From: Gemmatimonadales bacterium
GTDB lineage: Bacteria > Gemmatimonadota > Gemmatimonadetes > Gemmatimonadales > JACORV01
Direction: 5' to 3'
DNA: 64,000 bases
Assembly: GCA_035623395.1 (NCBI GenBank)
Contig: DASPTN010000086.1
Location: 22,786 to 86,785 of the forward strand
A program made the position numbers and the translations under genes. Positions 62,072 through 64,000 of this stretch are shown here, one piece after another; positions within the stretch are counted from its first letter, which is position 1, and each line of letters begins with the position of its first letter. The notes under the pieces are model-generated. The model worked only from the letters and a program-made list of their open reading frames with translations, had not been told where the DNA came from and did no database searches.

Positions 62072-62710
62072 CTACTCCTCGCGCGTGTTGCCCAGCTCGA
62101 CGTACGCCCAGCCGCGGGTGCGGCGGTCGGCGAGGGTAGTCGGCGGAAAGAGGAACCCGGCGCTGGTGGTGGCGAACCACGCCGCGTGCAGGTGGTCGGC
62201 GCCTTCCGGCACCGGTCCCTTGAACAACTGAAGCAGCCATCGCCGGACGTGGTCGAGCTCCGGCGCGCGGGGAGCGAACAGGGCGATCACGGCGCCGCGT
62301 CCCTGCGTGGTGACCAGGAAGTGCGCAATGGCGTTCCAGCGCTCGGTGAACTCGTAGCCGAGCACGTACGCCTCGTCGACGACCGGCGTGCCTTCGACCG
62401 GCGGCTTCTGCGGCGCCTCGATGCGCGGGCCGAGGAAGCGGTAGACGGGCTTGTCGTCGACGACGCGCTCGATCACGGCCACGCCCGTCTCGGCGGCGAA
62501 CCACGCCGCGTGGAGGCGGTCGGACGGCTGGAACAGGCCGGTCTCTCCGGTCCACTGCAGCGCCGCCAGGGCGTGGTAGAGCGGGCAGCCCGCGCTGTCG
62601 TCGACGGTGATGAGACGCGGCGCGCTGCCGGCCGCACGGAGGAACGCGGCGAGCGCGTCGGGCCGTTCCGCGAATTCCTCGGCCGTGCGCCGGTCGGTCG
62701 TCGCAGCCAT
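62072..62710 (-). CDS. hypothetical protein built from two tandem ~90-aa repeats
   Basis: ORF 62072..62710(-). The halves align as FAERPDALAAFL...DRLHAAWFAAETG versus FTERWNAIAHFL...DHLHAAWFATTSAG. At the DNA level a 29-nt segment repeats with 2 mismatches (62171-62199 vs 62494-62522). Confidence 0.6.
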   Translation of the reverse strand: MAATTDRRTAEEFAERPDALAAFLRAAGSAPRLITVDDSAGCPLYHALAALQWTGETGLFQPSDRLHAAWFAAETGVAVIERVVDDKPVYRFLGPRIEAPQKPPVEGTPVVDEAYVLGYEFTERWNAIAHFLVTTQGRGAVIALFAPRAPELDHVRRWLLQLFKGPVPEGADHLHAAWFATTSAGFLFPPTTLADRRTRGWAYVELGNTREE

Positions 62711-62714
62711 CCGC

Positions 62715-63248
62715 TCAGTCCGCTCCTTCCACGGCGTAGATCGCCTCGAGCTCGCGGAACCGCTCGCCGCAGTCGATGCCGTAGCCGGCGACGAAGGCGT
62801 CGGTCTCCAGCTCGAACCCGACCAGGTCGAGCTCCGGAGGAAGCCGTCGCTTCGGCGCCCGCCGCAGCAGGGCGACGGTCGTGACGGAGGCCGGGCGATG
62901 CCCCTCGAGGGCGCGTCGCAGGCGGGCCAGCGTGGCGCCGCTGTCCACGATGTCGTCCACCACGATGACGTCGCGTCCCGCGAGCGGCAGCTCGACGTCC
63001 TTGATGAAGCGGATTTCGCCGGGCCTGGTGCCGGTGCCGTAGGACGCGATTCTGACGAAGTCCACCGCGACGTCGAAGCTGAGCCGTCTCAGCAGGTCGG
63101 CGAGGAAGACGACCGCGCCCTTGAGGACCGCGACGACCACCGGGGAGCGGCCGGCGAACCGCGCGTTGAGCTCGGCGGCGATGTCGGCCACCCGGGCCGC
63201 GATGGCCTCCCGCGGGTAGAGCACCGCGCCCAGCCTGAGCTCGCTCAC
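62715..63248 (-). CDS. hpt: hypoxanthine phosphoribosyltransferase
   Basis: GTG 63248 within ORF 62715..63875(-). The PRPP motif is VIVVDDIVDSGATL. FVAGYGIDCGERFRELEAIY is typical of Hpt. The start overlaps the upstream stop (GTGA). Confidence 0.9.
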   Translation of the reverse strand: MSELRLGAVLYPREAIAARVADIAAELNARFAGRSPVVVAVLKGAVVFLADLLRRLSFDVAVDFVRIASYGTGTRPGEIRFIKDVELPLAGRDVIVVDDIVDSGATLARLRRALEGHRPASVTTVALLRRAPKRRLPPELDLVGFELETDAFVAGYGIDCGERFRELEAIYAVEGAD

Positions 63249-64000
63249 GACGGCCCGCGATACACGCGTCGCCGCTCCAGCGACCAGATCGGCTTGGAGA
63301 CGGACTCCCCCTCGGCGAAGTTCCCCGTCTCCTTGAGGGCCGCGGCGAGGTTCGCGGTCGCCGCGGAGGCGATGTCCGCGTAGTGCAGCACCTCCGCCTC
63401 CAGCGTCATCGGGCGGACCGGGCTGCCGAACTCGAGCTCGCCATGATGGCTCAGCACCAGGTGCTGCAGCAGCAGGCGCTCGCCCTCGCTGGTCACCGGC
63501 GTCTCCGGCTCGTCGAGGCGACGGTCCAGCATCAGCGACCCGAGGGCCACGTGCCCCAGCAGGCTGCCCGGTTCGGTCATCTCGAACAGCCCGTCCCACC
63601 GGTAGGCCTCGAGCTTGCCGATGTCGTGGAGCAGGACGCCCGACAGCACCAGGTCCCAGTTCGCGCCGCAGGCCTTGGCCATGGGACGGGCGATCGCCCC
63701 GACCTCGACCGTGTGCTTGAGGAGACCGCCGAGCTCGGCGTGGTGGTTGGCCAGTGAGGCGGGGCAGCGCTCGTACTGCGCCCGGAAGTCGGGATCTTCG
63801 AAGAACAGCGAGACCGCGCGGCGCCACGGTCCCTCGGCCATTTCGCCGCGCCACTTCTCGACGATGGCCCACCACGGCGCGACGTCGCCGACGGAGGGCA
63901 GGAGCCGCGACCAGTCCGCCAGCTCGCGCGGCACCGGTCGGACGCTCACCACCTTGAGCTGGCGATCGGTCCGGTACATCCCCAGCTCGCCGACGACGCT
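63245..64000 (-). CDS. HD-domain phosphohydrolase, YhaM-like 3'-5' exoribonuclease family (partial; N-terminus beyond window end)
   Basis: ORF 63245..63979(-) stays open in frame to the window edge (...SVVGELGMYRTDRQLKVVSVRPV, the likely end of an OB-fold domain). HD motifs are HHAELGGLLKHT, LLHDIGK and LVLSHHGELEFGSP. Confidence 0.75.
   Translation of the reverse strand, partial: SVVGELGMYRTDRQLKVVSVRPVPRELADWSRLLPSVGDVAPWWAIVEKWRGEMAEGPWRRAVSLFFEDPDFRAQYERCPASLANHHAELGGLLKHTVEVGAIARPMAKACGANWDLVLSGVLLHDIGKLEAYRWDGLFEMTEPGSLLGHVALGSLMLDRRLDEPETPVTSEGERLLLQHLVLSHHGELEFGSPVRPMTLEAEVLHYADIASAATANLAAALKETGNFAEGESVSKPIWSLERRRVYRGPS

Overview
Very GC-rich, densely coding bacterial chromosomal window. 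GC content was judged by eye, not computed. I call about 62 CDS, one tRNA-Phe and the RNase P RNA. I saw no rRNA, CRISPR array, transposase, integrase or phage genes.

The window spans the replication-origin neighbourhood: dnaN and dnaA on the minus strand, facing rpmH-rnpA-yidD-yidC on the plus strand. An AT-rich island with DnaA-box-like elements lies in the dnaN-dnaA spacer.

From 30086 down to 13758 runs one long minus-strand array, with many 4-nt start/stop overlaps: upp, DUF4177-like, beta-CASP RNase, NUDIX, ECF sigma/anti-sigma, holA, SPOR protein, mutS, TonB-C protein, cystathionine-beta-synthase-like, ddl, rhomboid, macro domain, TPR/GWxTD-like and a putative Zn protease.

Other blocks:
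- a pentose-phosphate operon (GH15-pgl-glk-HAD-zwf) with rpiA divergent
- envelope genes (mtgA, Slt, lepB, TolB-like, M28 peptidase)
- a tRNA-Phe-proximal accessory-looking block (MocR regulator, PNPOx-YCII fusion, DinB, GH47 mannosidase, serpin)

The GWxTD proteins, many TPR/SPOR lipoproteins and high GC resemble Gemmatimonadota-type genomes. That cannot be established without a database search.

I did not find a clear-cut new multi-gene system such as a defence island or RiPP/BGC cluster. The most interesting unexplained items are:
- two lipoprotein plus outer-membrane-barrel pairs, one with a CsgG/LpoB-like core
- two architecturally shuffled GWxTD proteins
- an adjacent eukaryote-type GH47/serpin pair
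- a perfect CRP-type palindrome in front of a blue-copper protein gene
- a recurrent ATGTGGAA/TTCCACAT motif shared by the origin region and a distant 0.6-kb non-coding island
- a long GC-rich stem structure at 58.5 kb
- an internally duplicated orphan protein in the hpt operon

Most long extra ORFs in the track are antisense or out-of-frame shadows typical of high-GC DNA. All family assignments are by eye from motifs, not from searches.
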